64,000 nucleotides of DNA, from NCBI GenBank assembly GCA_013265495.1, contig MU058226.1:520741-584740 (forward strand), given 5' to 3'. The stretch is from Vicugna vicugna. Its lineage: Eukaryota. Below are positions 62,040 through 64,000 of the stretch, piece after piece. Within the stretch, counting starts at the first letter, position 1. Each line of letters opens with the position of its first letter. A program made the translations under genes and the position numbers. A model generated the notes under the pieces. It was given only the letters and a program-made list of their open reading frames with translations. It searched no databases and was not told the origin of the DNA.

Positions 62040-62180
62040 AGCCCTGCAGCTGGAGATTTCCTAGGCCCGCCCCTCCCCCTCCTCTGGGAGGCCGTCTTCT
62101 TGGCAGACAGCAGATAGATGCATGACAAAGGGGCTATGATGGCTCTGTCCTGGGGGTTGGGGAGATGGCTGGGGAAAGGC
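62040..62180 (+). promoter_or_regulatory. POU5F1: POU5F1 (OCT4) distal enhancer CR4 with composite Oct-Sox element
   Basis: GCCGTCTTCTTGGCAGACAGCAGATAGATGCATGACAAAG matches the recalled CR4. Oct-Sox AGATGCATGACAAAG at 62116-62130; site-2A-like CCCCTCCCCC at about 62070. Confidence 0.9.
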
Positions 62181-62674
62181 CCCTCCTGTTTCAAAGCACA
62201 TCTCTCCACCCCCACCAGGACCCTTAATCTATCTGCCTTTTGGGCAGTTAGTGGTTTAGAGGTAAATACAGCTCCAGCCCTGCTGCCCTGTAGATCCTCC
62301 AGCAGACCTGTAGGAAGTATTGAAATGCAGGTTACAATTGGTTGCCCAAAAGTATGTACAGATGGTCTGGAACAGGGGCTGTATGATATAGATTCAGAGG
62401 GGAAAAAAAACAAAAAAAACCCCCATGCTCAAAGGACTCCCAGATACCACCAAGGCTGCCACAGTCAGGAGGACCCCCACCAGAACACTCAGACCCTCAG
62501 AAGGAAGATGCCGAGACATGACCCCAGCAAACAACCCCAGACCGAGCTGAGATGAAGTGACGCCTAAGTCGGCAGAGGTCCATGTCCCAGACTCAGGATT
62601 CTGGCTTCCAAGCTGTAGGGAGCTCTGGTCCACAGCCTTTCCAGAGCCCCCCTCAAGTCACCTCGGGGCCTTCA

Positions 62675-62780
62675 TTTAGGGCAAGTTTGGGGAGCAGACA
62701 GACAGGCATCATCCCAAACAGACAGTCTGAAATCTATTCTCTTGCAAACAGAATCAAGGACTAGGCCAGCAGCCTGAGCC
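62675..62780 (+). promoter_or_regulatory. POU5F1: POU5F1 upstream conserved region CR3
   Basis: …GAAATCTATTCTCTTGCAAACAGAATCAAG… at the expected spacing between CR4 and CR2. Confidence 0.6.
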
Positions 62781-63079
62781 CTTAGGACAGGCCCAGAAAA
62801 ATAGACCCTGTGGGAGAGAGAGCTTAGGACAGGCTTCCTGTACCCCCTCCCCAAGTCACTCTCCACCCTCTCTGCATCTTTTCGCCAGCCCCCCTAAACA
62901 AAGGCTTGGGGGACTGGGGGAGGGGTGGGTGTCAAGGCTGGACGCCTGAGTCCTCTAGAAGGGGACGGGATACCTGGGTCCCAGCGGGGGGCCCGTCTGA
63001 GGCTCAGTCTTTGAGGGGATGTGGGGATAGTTGCTGGAGCTCTTGAGGGGGGGTTGGGGGCGGGGGGGTTGGGGGGCAG

Positions 63080-63260
63080 GAAGCTGTCCCCAGGGGAGCC
63101 ATCCAGGCCCATTCAAGGGTTGAGCACTTGTTTAGGGTTAGAGCTGCCCCCTCTGGGGACCAGGATTGTCCAGCCAAGGCCATTGTCCGGCCCCCTTCCC
63201 CCAGTCCCTCCCAAAGCCTCTTTGAACCTGAAGTCAGATATTTTTTTCTCCCCCCTCCCT
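63080..63260 (+). promoter_or_regulatory. POU5F1: POU5F1 proximal enhancer CR2 with NR5A (LRH-1/SF-1) sites
   Basis: CCATCCAGGCCCATTCAAGGGTTGAGCAC…CCAGCCAAGGCCATTGTCC matches the recalled CR2. NR5A motif CCAAGGCCA at 63174-63182. Confidence 0.85.
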
Positions 63261-64000
63261 CCTTGGCTTTCCCCACCCAGGGCCTAGGGCTGGAGGCCTG
63301 GGCTGGGAGGTGGGGGAGGGAGAACAGTCAACTACAGTGCGGATATTCGGGTCCCTGAAGGGGGGAGGGTGGGTAAGAAACCTGATGTGTGCGACCCACA
63401 GTGGGGGATCCTTCAGGGGGTGTCCGATCCCTCTGTCTGGACAAAGGTTGGGAGATTCAGGCCCAGTTGGTCCAGAGCTAGCCCTTAGAAGGGAAAGTGG
63501 GGGTTCAATCCTTGGGTCTGGTAGGTGAGGGGGCTCTGGAACCAGGAAACCGGGGTATAGAATGGAAGCCTTGTCTGGCAGTCAGCTCCTGGCGATGGGG
63601 TGAAATTTGGCAGGCTGGGCAGATGGGTGCCGGGCACCATCGCAACTTTGGGGTAACTGAATCTGGCCAGTAATCTGGATGGGAATGTCTAGGTTCCCGG
63701 ATTGGGGTGGGGGAGGACAGCAGCCGGGGTCTGCTAAGGAATTGAGGCGTACCCCCAGCAGTACTTGGCACATTACAACGAATGTTTGAGGAGCTGGCTG
63801 GCTGGGCTCCAGTGACAGTGCCAAGGTCTTTGGAGAGGGGTCCAGCACCCGGGCTTCTGGAAATCGTGCAGGAGGTGTGGAAGGGATCCCAGACGGCTCC
63901 CGATGTGCGCGGACGGTGGAGAAGGAGGGTGGCTTGTCGGGAGTTGGAAGTGAAGGTCCGCATGGGGGACTTGCAACCAAGAGCCTTGGGGTCTGGGGCC

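Noticed and set aside
63505..63980. 152-aa and 132-aa minus-strand ORFs at the window end
   Set aside because: They lie in the GC-rich POU5F1 upstream region between CR2 and the promoter and have no coding hallmarks.

Overview
Mammalian genomic DNA from the MHC class III/class I junction (beta block). It is almost certainly camelid, because about 14 copies of the tRNA-derived Vic-1-type SINE are present. In order: DDX39B/BAT1 (+, coding exons 2-11, 428 aa, hosting SNORD117/U83); MCCD1 (-, intact, tail-to-tail with DDX39B); a repeat-rich spacer with a young ERVK-type solo LTR; one intact 8-exon MHC class I heavy-chain gene (+) with non-classical features; one MIC-family NKG2D-ligand gene (-); a TAF13 retrocopy inserted into a SINE; and the POU5F1/OCT4 upstream enhancers CR4, CR3 and CR2. 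The POU5F1 coding region lies just beyond the window. There are four main observations. (1) The MIC gene has TTG at the ancestral start position and an in-frame TGA right after the hydrophobic segment, predicting a tail-less, probably GPI-anchored ligand. (2) The MIC gene sits between inverted duplicons whose inner 508 bp are 100% identical while the flanks are clearly diverged, giving a possible invertible cassette or recent gene conversion. (3) The class I molecule has W167E/Y171F A-pocket changes, an extra Cys99 and altered promoter boxes. (4) The TAF13 retrocopy preserves a 79-nt exon 1 extension. Most ORFs in the supplied track are spurious. Gene identities come from recalled homology, not from database searches.
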